A stretch of 64,000 bases of DNA, taken from Monocercomonoides exilis PA203 (taxonomy: Eukaryota; Protista; Preaxostyla). The position numbers were made by a program, and so were the translations under genes. How positions within the stretch are numbered: the first letter of the stretch is position 1; the number at the start of each line of letters is the position of its first letter. Under the pieces are notes generated by a model. That model searched no databases, was not told the origin of the DNA, and saw nothing but the letters and a program-made list of their open reading frames with translations. Shown here piece by piece: positions 25,163 through 37,069 of the stretch. The stretch covers positions 1,488,001 to 1,552,000 of the forward strand of contig LSRY02000013.1 in the NCBI GenBank assembly GCA_001643675.2. The letters run 5' to 3'.

Positions 25163-27519
25163 ATGTCTTTTTCAAAACCTCAATCAACTCTTAATTCTCG
25201 ATGTAAAGTTATTTGGAACGAAATAAAACGAATCGGTGGAGATGACGTTGATTCATTGCTCATCTATCTTTTTTACAACTATAGGCAATCATCTTCTGTT
25301 ATTAACGATTTACTGAAGTCTTTGAATGGTTTGGTTCTAAATATTTATGTATTGTTTCAAAAATGTTATTTTGACTCTCAATTATTTTTTTCTTTTATAT
25401 TTGTTTATTATTTATTTTTTTGAAACAGAATATCATTTAAAGCTGCTGGAAGACCTGTCTGTGGTGTACAACAACGCTCCATTGCACACTCAGACAACAA
25501 TGCTGCAGGCGTTGTCTCGAAACACATCATTATCCGATTTACAGGACTATGGATATGATGTCACAGAGGGGAAATTTATTTATGCGAAGCAAACGCTCAA
25601 AAAGAACCAAGGATTTATCATTCCTCCACAAAAACCTCACCTTCCGTCTTGCAAAAGTGGTTTGTATTTGTATATTTATTTTTTTGAATAATTTTCTCTG
25701 TAAATTTAGGCTTAAATGAACAGGATTGGGAAAAGGGCAACAACTGGATGTTAGCCCATTCGACTGAAGCTTCAACTTCGCTTCAGTCAGCAAAGAAAAA
25801 GCAGCGAGCTGAGCCAGAATATGTCAGATACATCGAAGAAGAGGCTTGGGAAGAAGAGATTATTACTGAAAATTCATCTCAAAGGAAAAAACAATCTTCT
25901 TCCTCTTCAACATCGTCTCAACAAAATAAAAAATCTAATCCCATATCAGAAAAAAATTCTCCATCTTCAAATTCCTCTTCTTCTCAAGCTGTTGATGCTC
26001 CAATCAGTACTCCAACAAGGAGAGAAAGGGGTTCAACAAAAAGAAAAACAAAGAAATTACATCATAAACGTCATTCGTCTCCATCTCCAATTCCAATTCA
26101 TAAACTTTTCAAACAGAAAACAACATCATCCAATTCCTCGTCTTCCTCGTCTTCCTCATCTTCCTCATCTTCCAAAAAAAGACAAAAAGAAAATATGAAT
26201 TCTTCTACTGTTGAAGAATCTTCAACTTCCTTTTTCAACGATGATGCGTGGGTTAGTGATCAATTAATTGAATGTGCCACTTCACCCACATTAATTCCAC
26301 CTCAAGCATTTCAAACCCTCTTTTCTTCATTTTCAAAAAACAATGACACTTCAACAGTTCAACAACAAAGCATTCAACCTTCAAATAATGAAATATCTAA
26401 TAAAAACAATTCTTCAAAAAATATTTCAAAAAAGAATGCAAAAGAAAATTCATCAAAAATTCTTTTGCTTTCTCAATCTTCTTCTAATTCATCAATTTCT
26501 TCTGACACAGTATCACAAATAACAAAAGGATTGCTAAACTTAGGCAACACATGCTATCTTGCATCTCTTCTTCAATGCATGTCTTCTATCATCACGCAAA
26601 AACCATCTTTTATCAAAAAACAAACAGTTATGAAGAACACATCTTCGCGTGTAATAAGTGTTTGTCAACAACTGGTTAAAGATGGAATGGCAGTGCGTTC
26701 GTGGATCCCATCGCTTATCAACAAATGGGAAGACTTTTGTGGATATGGCAGCAGGCAGCAACAGAATGTGATAGAAGCATTTGAAAATCTTCATCAACTT
26801 CTTCAAATTAATAAGATATTTGAAAAGGATACCTTCAATCCTGTGCTCATTACTCATTTCAAATGTCAAAAATGTCAAAAAGTTTCTAATCATTTCAATG
26901 AAGCCTGCAGTAATGTTATCATTAATTCATCATCTCCTCATAAAGGTCTATCTTCTATCTTTTCAACTGAGATATTGAACGGAAAAAATGCTGTCTATTG
27001 CGATGAATGCAAGGAAAAATGCTGTGCTGCGAGATGGGAGGAAATGGCTGCATTTCCAGAGGTGCTAGCTCTCTGTCATGAATGCACTGATTCTGCTAGT
27101 TCTGCGCCTTCGAGAACGCTTCTAATTGAAACTGATCGCACTAACCAGCGCACGTTCTGCAAAGGGTTTTTAACAGAAAACATTCAACATCTTCAAGAGA
27201 GCAATAAGGAAACTATCATTTATCATCTTTCAGGACAAATACTATATAAACGTCTGGATCAAAGAAATGGACATTACATTGCTATTGTTAAAAGGAAGAG
27301 TGGAATCAACAGTTTTTGGAGTATTTGCAATGATGAAAATGTTTCTGAATTCGATTGTGACAAATGGAGTTCTTCATGGAATAATCTTTACTCACAAGGT
27401 TTCATTCCTTCACTTTCATTTTTCACAAAAGAAAAAACAAAGCCAACATTATCAGCAATTCAATTTGGTGGTTCTTCATCTTCTTCAGAAACATTAAATG
27501 AAAACACTTCATTCACCTT

Positions 27520-27551
<32 letters not shown>

Positions 27552-28915
27552 TCATCACACCACCACATCAAACTTCTTCCATTCCTCAACATTCTTCATC
27601 AATCACATCTTCATATGGATTGGAAGCACTGAAAGAAAGAAGAAAGAAAACGGGCATCTTTTCTCCCAATGAAAAGAGATTAATCTTCAAGCCCAAGACA
27701 AAATTATGGAGAGAGTTTTCAGAAGAAACGAATATCAAAGTTTCTCTTTCCCACTTCTACAAACTCACCACCAACTTTTCCAAAGCGAAAAGACGAACTG
27801 ACCTTTGTGGAATGTGCGAGAAGCTCAACTATCTGGAAAACAAATTAAAGTCATCGCAAAACAAAAATGGACTATCTCCTGCAGAATTTCAGACTCTCAA
27901 ACTTCTTCGTCAACATCGTCTTGTTGCAGAAATGCAACGAAAACATTATCAATCAACTGTTGATAATCTTAAAGAAGGTGAGGCAGTCTTCGTCTTTGAC
28001 TTCAAAGAAAAATGGAAACTCCCTATCAGAAAAAATCAACTTCAACAGGAATTCTTCAACTATCAACAAGTTTCTCAATTCACAATCATCTCACTTCAAA
28101 AAATAAACAATCAACAAATAAAAAGAACTTTCAACTTCTTCTCCGACTGCCTCTCAAATGATCACAGATTTGTCATTGAGTGTCTGGAATCTGTGATCAA
28201 AAGACACTTCTTCTCAGACACTCACACCTTTAAGTTCTTCTGCGATTCTGGACCACACAACCGAAATCGCTTCCTTCTTCACTTCATCCTCTCAAAACAA
28301 TCAAAACTTCTTAAAAAGAAAAACACTCAACTCAACTTCTTCGCTGAGCACCACGGAAAAAATATCTGTGATAGTGAATTTGGTGCGTTAGTGAATGCAA
28401 TCGACAACTATCTTTCGACTGAACATATCACCACACTTCATGACTTGATCAACTTCTTCGAAAACAATATGAACACTTCGACATCAGCTTCTTCAACTTC
28501 ACAATCGAACAACTTCTCAACATCATCATCAAACTCTTCACCATCTTCGACATCTGTCAATAACTTTGAGCATGAGAGGTATTTTGAAGAATATGTACCA
28601 TCTCAACAAATCTCATGGCCGTCATTGACAGTCCCTCACATGAAAGACTATTTGTATTTTGAGCGCAAAGGCTCATTTGTCTGTGCTTCAGCTGTTGGAT
28701 ATCTTCCTCAACGCTCTCTGGTTGCCCTCGAATCTTCGACAATGAAAGAAAAGGTTCAACGAACAAGAAAGTCATTTCACTCTGATATCACATCATCTAA
28801 CTCTTCTCTTCTTTCTCAATCTTCTCAAGATCTTCTTTCAAGGAGATTTGAGCTTCTTCTTGACTCTTCTTCTATTAATGAATCTCAAAATTGTTCTTTT
28901 GGTGTCCCCTATTAA
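25163..28915 (+). CDS. Sola2-like DDD transposase with embedded USP (peptidase C19) domain, 3 exons, ~1200 aa
   Basis: Exons 25163-25328, 25429-25659 and 25710-28915 join in frame (GTTTG..AG introns). USP: GLLNLGNTCYLASLLQC, NGHYIAIVK, CNDENVS. Transposase: VSLSHFYKL..RRTDLCGMCE, FVFDFKE (D 27998), FFCDSGPHNRN (D 28244), NFFAEHHGKNICDSEFG (D 28370). Confidence 0.88.
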
Positions 28916-28919
28916 GAAA

Positions 28920-29065
28920 CTAGTTGTTGTGTATGCTTAGCTGGCACTCTATCGGAAGGGTGCTGGACATGACTGTTCGTATTAGATATTGCAGCCTTCG
29001 GGCTGCTTTATCCGGACCTGGATACGACGAACAGCCTCCCAGGTGCACAACAGTTAGAATCCGAT
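28920..29065 (+). ncRNA. Candidate structured RNA element (multi-stem, possible pseudoknot), family unknown
   Basis: Five nested helices with G-U pairs that work on the + strand, a cUUCGg tetraloop, and a loop complementary to a downstream 6-mer; GC-rich island in AT-rich DNA. Confidence 0.65.
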
Positions 29066-29836
29066 TGTTTTCTTACTGTTTCTGTCCCGATAATGTCCCT
29101 ATAATTAATTTGGTTATTGTCCCGCATATATTTGTATTTATCGAGATTCATTAATAGAGAGAGTTGTGAGGGAATTCATTGATCTTTGAGTGAGGTTTTT
29201 GGAAGGGAGAGTTATTGAGAGTGTGAAGTGATGTTTTATCATTGTGTCTGTCTTTTTTCTTTGTTGGATTTGATCTTTTTGAGTCAAAGTTAGAGAAATA
29301 TCAGAAAGGGAAGAGTGGATTAAAAACAAAAGAAAAACAGTCAAGTTTGTTTTTGGACTTAAAATATTTGTAATCTTTTTTGTTTGGTATTGCCATTGAT
29401 TCCATGAATCAGCTGTTTTGGTGCGACCTTTTCTTTTTCCTTTCATTGTTCAAAATTGTTGACATTTAGTTAACATTTGGTGACTGTTTTGATGATTATG
29501 TGATGGAATTATGTTTTTTTGAAAGATATTGAATCTGATTAGAAAATTTCTGACTGTTTTCAATTTTTTTAATGATCAATATCATGAAGTACTTTTTGTT
29601 TATTTATGTCATTCTGATTGGTGAACGATTGTTAATTTTTAACGTATTTTTTTCATTTCATTGATATTTTTTCCATTTCGATTTTGACTCAGATTCGAAA
29701 ATATTAAATTTTTTTATCTTGAATTCAACTTCAGTTTTTTCCATATTACTTAAATTAACGTTAAAAGCAATTAGTATTTATTTGAAAGAAATGAATTTTT
29801 GCAAATAGATCAACAAACAATTAACTGTTTCACAAA

Positions 29837-30053
29837 AGATCTCAATGATCATAAAAAAATTTTCATTACTTGGGAATTTGCAGAAATCGTTATTAACCTA
29901 ATGAAACACTTCAACAATATATAAATATTATCTTGATATATCAAAAAAGCATTTCTGCAAATTCCTGATCAACAAAAAAAAATGAAATTTGAAATGGGAT
30001 TTCAATGAAGAAAAAGGTTTGATATTTCGTGTTGACACTTTATTTTCGAAATT
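29837..30053. promoter_or_regulatory. Internal site R: inverted counterpart of site L
   Basis: GGAATTTGCAGAA 29873-29885, TTCTGCAAATTCC 29953-29965 (67-bp spacer), GAAATGGG 29991-29998, TTTGATATTTC 30018-30028. Confidence 0.6.
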
Positions 30054-30392
30054 TTTCTTAATCTGCCAAAGACTCTATTATTAAATTTTGAATATTTCTT
30101 TTGCTTTTCTTTTTAGAAATTCTGTGGTTCTTTCTCAACTGAAGCCATAGTTGAATTTTGTTGTTTTCCGTTTCTTATGGAGAGAAATCAAATTATTCTT
30201 TGTTTGTCCTTCAAGGCATTTTATTTATTTATTTATTTTTTAATTTTAATTTTATTTCCAAGTCTTTTATTTTCTTCTTCTTCTGCTTCGTCAAATGCTG
30301 GTTTTCCGGCTTCCTCATGTCCGATTTCAAGTGATCAAACCAAGAATCCCTCTTCATCATCATTTTCTTCTTCTTCTGTTTCACTGCTGAGC

Positions 30393-33300
30393 ATGCCATC
30401 AACTGCATTCGGAAGAGCACTCAAACGAAGCGGAGGGAGAAAAGCGCTTGCTGCCTTCAAGCGGACAGTTCGTCTGAAGACATACACAAACTCAAGAATT
30501 GCTCCACCAGAGTTCAAATCAGAAGTGCTAGGGCTGACAAATAAGATGGGAGGAAGTGGAAATAACATCATTAATAATAATAATAGCAGTAAGAGGATGA
30601 AGCTATTTCGTGTGGTGATGGAACAAGTGTCGCTGGCTATTCCAAGAGGAAGACCACCGAAGATGCGGAAGAAGAAGATGATGACAGCGATGGGGCTGAT
30701 TCAGCAGGTGCAGAAGAGCGAAGGAGGAGCAAGTGCAAATGTGACTGTACAGTATTCGAGGTGTTTGGAGTCAGCTGCCGCGGCATTGGAGAGTTAGAGG
30801 AAGCTTGGAAACAAAGAGAAAGTGAAAGAAGATGAGAATGGAAAAAGGAAAAAGGAGAAAGATAAGGAAAGAATTATTTCAGTGTTTGATGAGCTTCCTT
30901 CAGATGAATAGGAGTTTTGAAGGCAAAGAGGAGCAAAGTGCAGAGGGAAAGCGGGAGTGAAAGGGGAAAAAAAGCGAAAGGAAAAGCATTCCAATCAAAG
31001 ACAAGTCCGATGATGGGTTCATAAGCTGTCCTAAGTGAGCTTCTTTCGAAAAAGTTGGAGCTGCTTTGTGTGGCAGATGGCAGCATCACATTTGACTCTT
31101 CTGAATCTGACACTCGTGAGACAAGTGGAAGAAGCAGAAGTGACATTGAGTGGAATGGCTATGACGAGGAAGTGGATGATAAGGAGGAGGAAGAAGAAGA
31201 AGAAGACGTGGAGTTAGACAGGATTCTTAGTGCAAAGATATCCATGACAAGCACACGGGCAAATCGGCAGACACCGAAAAAGATCAGATTTGTTTTTGAA
31301 TATGGCACCTCTACCACATTCAACTCAGCAAAAATAAGAGAAAACAGCTCAATCGAAGCAACATTTATAACAACTGAGATGAAGGACAGGGAGAAAAGAG
31401 ATTCACTTACGAAGTTGATGAAGAACACACTGAAGCAGACACATGGAAGGATCATTCCAACAATCAATCCAGCCGATTTTAGACTTTATGCAAATCTCGT
31501 GCAGGAAGAGGAAAGCAAGGCAAAGAAACAAAAAAGAAAGATGTGGCTAAGAGGGAAAGGGAAGAATGAGTATTATTTGAAGCGGAATGAAGAGAGGAGA
31601 GAGAGAATGAACGGAGCTGGTGCAGCTGACACTGAAGAAGCAAAAGAATACTATGAAGATAACGACAATTACGATAGCGATGATAGATACGTTAGCGGTG
31701 GTGAAGACAGTTTGGATATAACACGATTTGCTGATACATCAAATGCCGATGAAACAGAAAAGACAACAGAAAGAGAAAAAGACCCAAAAACACTCCTTGC
31801 ACTGCGCTTCTCTCACAAACAGCAAAAAGCTCTTTCATCGATATCCCAAAAGAGCTATCACAAGAAGTCGAGTTTTGTTTTCTCACCCACCTCAACCATC
31901 TCCAGTGGAGAGCTTTGTCCGATGCCTCTTCAGATTTCTTTTCCTTCAGCTAAGTTCACAAAGAAAAATGGAGAGAAAGAAGAATACAAGAACACAATTG
32001 GCTCAGACGGAGGCAGAGAAGCGCTGCAGAGCCCGCGCAGAAGACACAGCAATTACAGTTTATTAGCTGTTTCTGTGTCACGAAGACATCTTGTCCTGTC
32101 TGCCATCAGAGCAGCACTCGGCAGAGAATTGCAGGCGCATCTCAGAGCAGCTGCGGAAAACGGGTTTGCGATAGCTTCTTCTTCTGCAAGTGTGTCTTGT
32201 TAGACGGCATGCCAATGCAAATGGAGAAGATAGAGGAGGAGGAGTAGATGACCTTGGGAACAATTCTGTGTTTGGGGAGAAAAACAAACAGAAGACAGGG
32301 CCGAAGAAGCTGTTTGTGAGGTTGATGAACAGATTGGGTAGGATGAAGGCGCTTCTTTGCTTCACTCTCTCGGAAAGGCGCTATCCCATCTTTTCAACCA
32401 GCTCGGGTCACCTCAGCTTCCAAAGCCCATTACGATTCCATCATCTTATGCTGGGGCAACAGGGGGAATATTGGCGAATGATGCGAACAAGTTTCTGGCT
32501 CTGCTGTGTGGAACGAGGCTGTTCAGCTTGGGGGGAGAAGATGCAGTGAGAGATGCGCAACTGGTGGAGAACATGAGAAAGCAGATGAATGTATGGAAAG
32601 GAGAAGGAAGTGCAGCTGTGGAAGGAGGGGACAGTGCAAATGGTCGAAAAAGCTGTTCTGTGAAGAAAGGGGAATCTTCGGAACTGTTCCTGCTGTACAG
32701 AAAAAGATCAATAGGAAGAATGACGACAATAACTTCTCTTTGGATGCAATGGAAAGAGAGTTATATACAATCAATGCGAATATTCTGCTTGACCCACTTT
32801 TGTTTGCTTCGTCTGTCTTTTTCAAAAACCAACAACTTCTGCTGTCTGCCTCAGAAAATACAATTTTAGTTCCTCCTCAAAGAACGGCATATGTCCCATC
32901 CATCGGAGAAATTCTACTCGAACTGACAAATCCATCTTTTCAGTTTGCTCCGCCGCTCATTGAACATCCACAGAAAAAAGAGAAGCATTCAATTCTGCCT
33001 TCTTCTCTCAAGTTTTCATGAGCGCTTCTTGTCAACATGTGCCCTCTCCCTCTTTCTCATCCACTCACTCCAATCGTCCGCACTCTGCTTTCAAAGATGC
33101 TTTCAGTATCTTTCACTTCATCTTCCATGTTCTCCATCCCTTCTTTATTCACCTCCTTCGTCACTTCTATTTCCATTTCTCAGTCCATACCATCCTTCAG
33201 CGCAACGCCTTCCATCATCTCGTTCTCCATGCAACCCCTCGACCCTTCTGCCGCGTAGTCCAATCTCCAGCTGCTTCGTCTGCTGGCAACGCGGGCTGCA

Positions 33301-33627
33301 CTCACCGCTATTGTCACCGCTCTTCGCAAGCTGATGGTGAAGAAGGACTTGCTCCATTTAATATTAGCCATATTCGAGACACACCATGTCCAGAAACCTT
33401 CTTCTTCTCCTTCGATGTTCATTTCTGCCTCTCTCATCCAGCGATTGGAGGTTGTTGGCGCTGCATTCGCACAAGCCACACCTTCCGCTTTTGCTTCTGT
33501 CCAGCAAACATCTGAGTCTCAGTCAACTTCATTGGAATCGAATATAACAACAGATGCACTGGACCTGAGTGGATCTTCAAATTCTGCTGCTGATGAAGCT
33601 AATACAACTTCTGTTGGCATGCGATAA
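30393..33627 (+). pseudogene. Captured host gene fragment(s), unknown product
   Basis: GC-richer coding-like sequence that continues across TAG/TGA stops and frameshifts (ORFs at 30177, 31055, 32357, 32506, 33334). Confidence 0.55.
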
Positions 33628-34160
33628 ATGCATAAGGAACAGCAAGTGGAAGAAGAGGAGAACTTCCCTATCAGATAAAGAAAGACTAATTCTCAGCAAT
33701 TCTTCCACATCAGCTTCAGATAAGCGTAACCTCCTCTCAGTTTCCTCTCTTTTTGCTTTCGCAATCTCCTTCTCCTTCTCCCTCTTCTCCGTCATTCACA
33801 TCAATAAATTCTCCATCCTCAGTTTCCCTCCCTTTTCCTTCGACTCATTCTCTTCCACTTCAGAGTGGAAAACGAACATCTCCTTCTTTTTCTTTTCTCC
33901 CATCCATCAGGAACAATTCCTAAGAATTCGACGATGAGAAGTCAACTTTCTCGAATTCTCTCATTTGTTAAAGGATGCTCTATCATCTTCACCTGCAACT
34001 GTCCTACTTGCTCTGCTTATCTCACAGCTACAATCTAATTCATAATCTTCTTCTTCTTCTTCTTCTTCACCTCCTCCTCCTCCTTCTTCTTCAATAACAG
34101 AAATAACACCTTTATCATCATCTTCTTCTTCTTCTTCTCCTTTCAATAGAAGGTGATTCA

Positions 34161-36450
34161 ATGAAAGAATTTGGCACAACCGAAGACTCAGAAGCAGCTC
34201 TTCTGCAGCGTCTGGCATTGAACGAACTTGATTCCCGTCTCTCAGACGCAGAGCGAAGGTGGATTTATCACTCCAACTTATCCTATTCACTTGGGTGTTC
34301 TGCACTTCCTATTGTGTCGCCATCTTCTCTTCTCACACCAGGCACGCAAATTCACTCGTTTCCTGCGCCTTCTGTCTCCTTCTCTCTATTTCCCCCGCCG
34401 CCTCCCCCGCGCGTGTGCGAAAGATGATCCTGTCAGAAAGAGAAAGATTAAAACAGTTTGTGACCCTCCACGTGCGCAGCCGCCTCTTCCACATCTGCAC
34501 ATTCTGTGGGAACAGCAACAGCCACCTCAGCTCTGCTACCACAGACGTCCTCGCCTCTTTCTTCAGCGGCGGAGACAGCATCGACGACCCTGATATCACA
34601 GGAGCCAAATGGGCAAAAGAATGCCTGCGCATCAGTTCCCCCACTGTCCAGCACGCTGCTTTGCTCGCCCTCAACCGCCTGGCTGAAACTCACCCGCCCT
34701 CAAAGTACTTCGACTTGTGGTACCCGATCTTTCCTGAGCTACTGAATGCAGAGCAGATGAAGAGGTACTGCGAGGTCGACCGCTCCCTCTCCGCCTCGCT
34801 TGTCGCGCTGTTTGCATCGTCTGCTGTCAGCTTTGAGCACATTTCAGTTGCAATGCCTCGCATGCTCCTTTTATTGGGTATCCCAAACACAGCTCTTCAG
34901 ACAACCGTCCTGCAGATCCTGTTGGAGGCAACGAAGAGGGGAGAAAGCGAGCGTCTGTCGCTGGATTCCCTCAGAGCCATCGAGTGGGCGTCTGCAGGGC
35001 TGAGATCAGTTCCAGATGAGCTTATCTTTGGAGCCCTGCAGTTCTTTGTGGTGATGCTGGGCACGATACACAACCGGCCTGACGCTGACAGCGCCATCAC
35101 TTCTATCACACGAAGGAGGGAATATAATGGAGAGCGGTTTGGCTGCCCCTGCGAAATGCAGGCAGTGAAGATGTGCTCGTTCACGTTCGAGTCGATGCTG
35201 AAGCTGATCAACCCGCTCACGCACGCGCCACGCACAGTCTCTTTGGCTGTTGCTTGCATTTCGGCCTTTGCTGAACTGGGATTTGGAGCAGAAGATGTGA
35301 TGGAGGACAGGATTGCGCTGCAGCTGTATCAGAAACCGGAGGAAAGGGCGTCGTTTTTCTTTTCTCCGGCTTCTTCTCCTGGTGGGAGCGGGAGTGGGAG
35401 CGGAAGAATAGCATCAGCAGCAAATGCGACGGAGGCAATGTATTCTTCTTCTTCCTCTCCCTTTCACTTTCCCTCTTCATATTCCTCTTCCGACCAAAAA
35501 CTTCACTTCGACTCCGGCACCTGCTTCATCCGCCTTCTCATATCCCTCTTTTTCACCAAGTTCCCTTCCCTCACCTCTCTCTCTTCCCTCTCCTCCACCA
35601 GCCCCAACGCCTACCTCCGCCTCTACCCAACTCCTCCTCTCGTCCACGCCGCCCGCGCCTTAACCCACTTTGCCAAGCAAGACAGACGCATAGCACATTC
35701 TTTGTCTTCTATCAGAATCAGTTTCCCCTCCTGGCCTTCCACACATATCTTGCTCTCTTCTGTTGTTCCGCAGCTGCTGGAGACGATGGAGGGAATAAAC
35801 TTGGCGAATGTGCTGAGTTTTGTGGCGGTTGTGTTTGAGATTAGCAGGGCTTTTAGAAAGCAGCTGGTGGAGATGGATATCTTTGGGATCGTGCTGAAGA
35901 TGACAAGAATGGGAGGGGAGGCGTATGCGAAGAAGAGGAAAGAGGAAGGAGAAGAAGAAGGAAGTAACAAAGAAGTGGATGATAATAATAAAGAAGGTGA
36001 TATAAGAGAAACTTCCATAGATTCAGATAGAAAGCACGTATTCAGCCCAAGTCCGCTATCTCCTTCGAATTTTGCTCAAAACAATGCAACTTCAGAAAAT
36101 AATCCCTTCATCGCCCCGATCGCTTCCCCAACCCCTCCAGAACTAATTCCTGCAGACATCAAAAGCAGCTTAAATAGAAAGCATATAACACCGCTGGATT
36201 CAGAAGAAGCTGAAAATGAAGAGAATGAAGAAGATAATGACAACGATAATGATGAATGAAGTTCAAACGAAAGAGAAGAAAGAGACGATATTGTAATTGA
36301 AAATGAGGGAGAAAGAGAAAGAAGTTTAGAAGAAGAAGAAGTTGAGAATATCAGCAGACAAAGCAGAAGATGAGAAAGAAGAGAGGTAAGAAGAGCGATC
36401 ACTGCCGCATCGCGGAATTCTCGTCGGAGTGTGCAGACAGCTAGCCGTTC
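34161..36450 (+). pseudogene. Captured HEAT/ARM-like helical protein fragment
   Basis: 666-aa open stretch (VQHAALLALNRLAE, LQTTVLQILLE, LVEMDIFGIVLKM) with a frameshift near 34400 and a TGA at 36257 followed by more coding-like sequence. Confidence 0.55.
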
Positions 36451-37069
36451 AGTCGATGCTTTCTCAACAGCCTCAGCTGCTGCTGGCACACTCAATGCCT
36501 CATTCTCTGCTTCTTCTTCTTCTTCTTCTTCTTCTTCTTCTTCTTCAATTTATTCTTCTTCTTCTTCCTTTTCTTCTTCTTCACCTTCTTCTTCACCTTC
36601 TTCTTCTTCTTCTCCTTCTTTCTCCTTCTTGGATATTTCTTTTTCTACGCTTCTTCTTCTTCTTCTTCTTCTTCTTCACATTCTTCTTTGCCTTCTTCTT
36701 CTTCTTCTTCTTCTTCCTCTTCCTCTTTCTATTTCACTTCTACTACTACGATCACTTTTTCTTCTTTTCCTAATCGTATTTCTTCATTTTTTGCATCTTC
36801 ATTTGGGAAAATAGCAGAAATAAAAAAGAATGGAATTTATGAAGAAATCAACTTATTAAAAAAACGAAAAGAAGATGATTAGTGAATGAAGAGAATGAAG
36901 ATAAAGAGAAGAAGAATTTGATTTGTCAATAAATGATGATTGGAAATTTGAAAGAAAAAAATGAAGGTATTGATAAATGTTAAAGTTAAAAAGAAATGGA
37001 GAGAAGTTTGAAGAGAAGACGTCGACGAACAGTAACAGTACGCGACAACGAAGCAAGAAGAGTTCGTTG

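Noticed and set aside
28913-28972. Structured RNA acting as a stop-codon readthrough signal
   Set aside because: Readthrough would add only ~18 residues before a TGA, with no downstream domain.
28990-29025. Minus strand CAGGTCCGGATAAAGCAGCC resembles bacterial SRP RNA helix 8
   Set aside because: The apical stem cannot pair as in SRP, and the G-U pairs favour the + strand.
28920-29065. Fanzor/TnpB omega-RNA
   Set aside because: No RuvC/TnpB-like ORF was recognised in the window and the structure is not at an element end, so the idea is unsupported here.
28902-29103. TGTCCC(C)TAT direct repeats as a TSD around the structured element
   Set aside because: The copies are not identical and TGTCCC recurs four times locally, so they do not define an insertion.
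24366-30053. Independent 5.7-kb transposon bounded by the internal inverted sites
   Set aside because: No TSD or GRG terminus was found, whereas the outer ends match Sola2 rules; kept only as an alternative.
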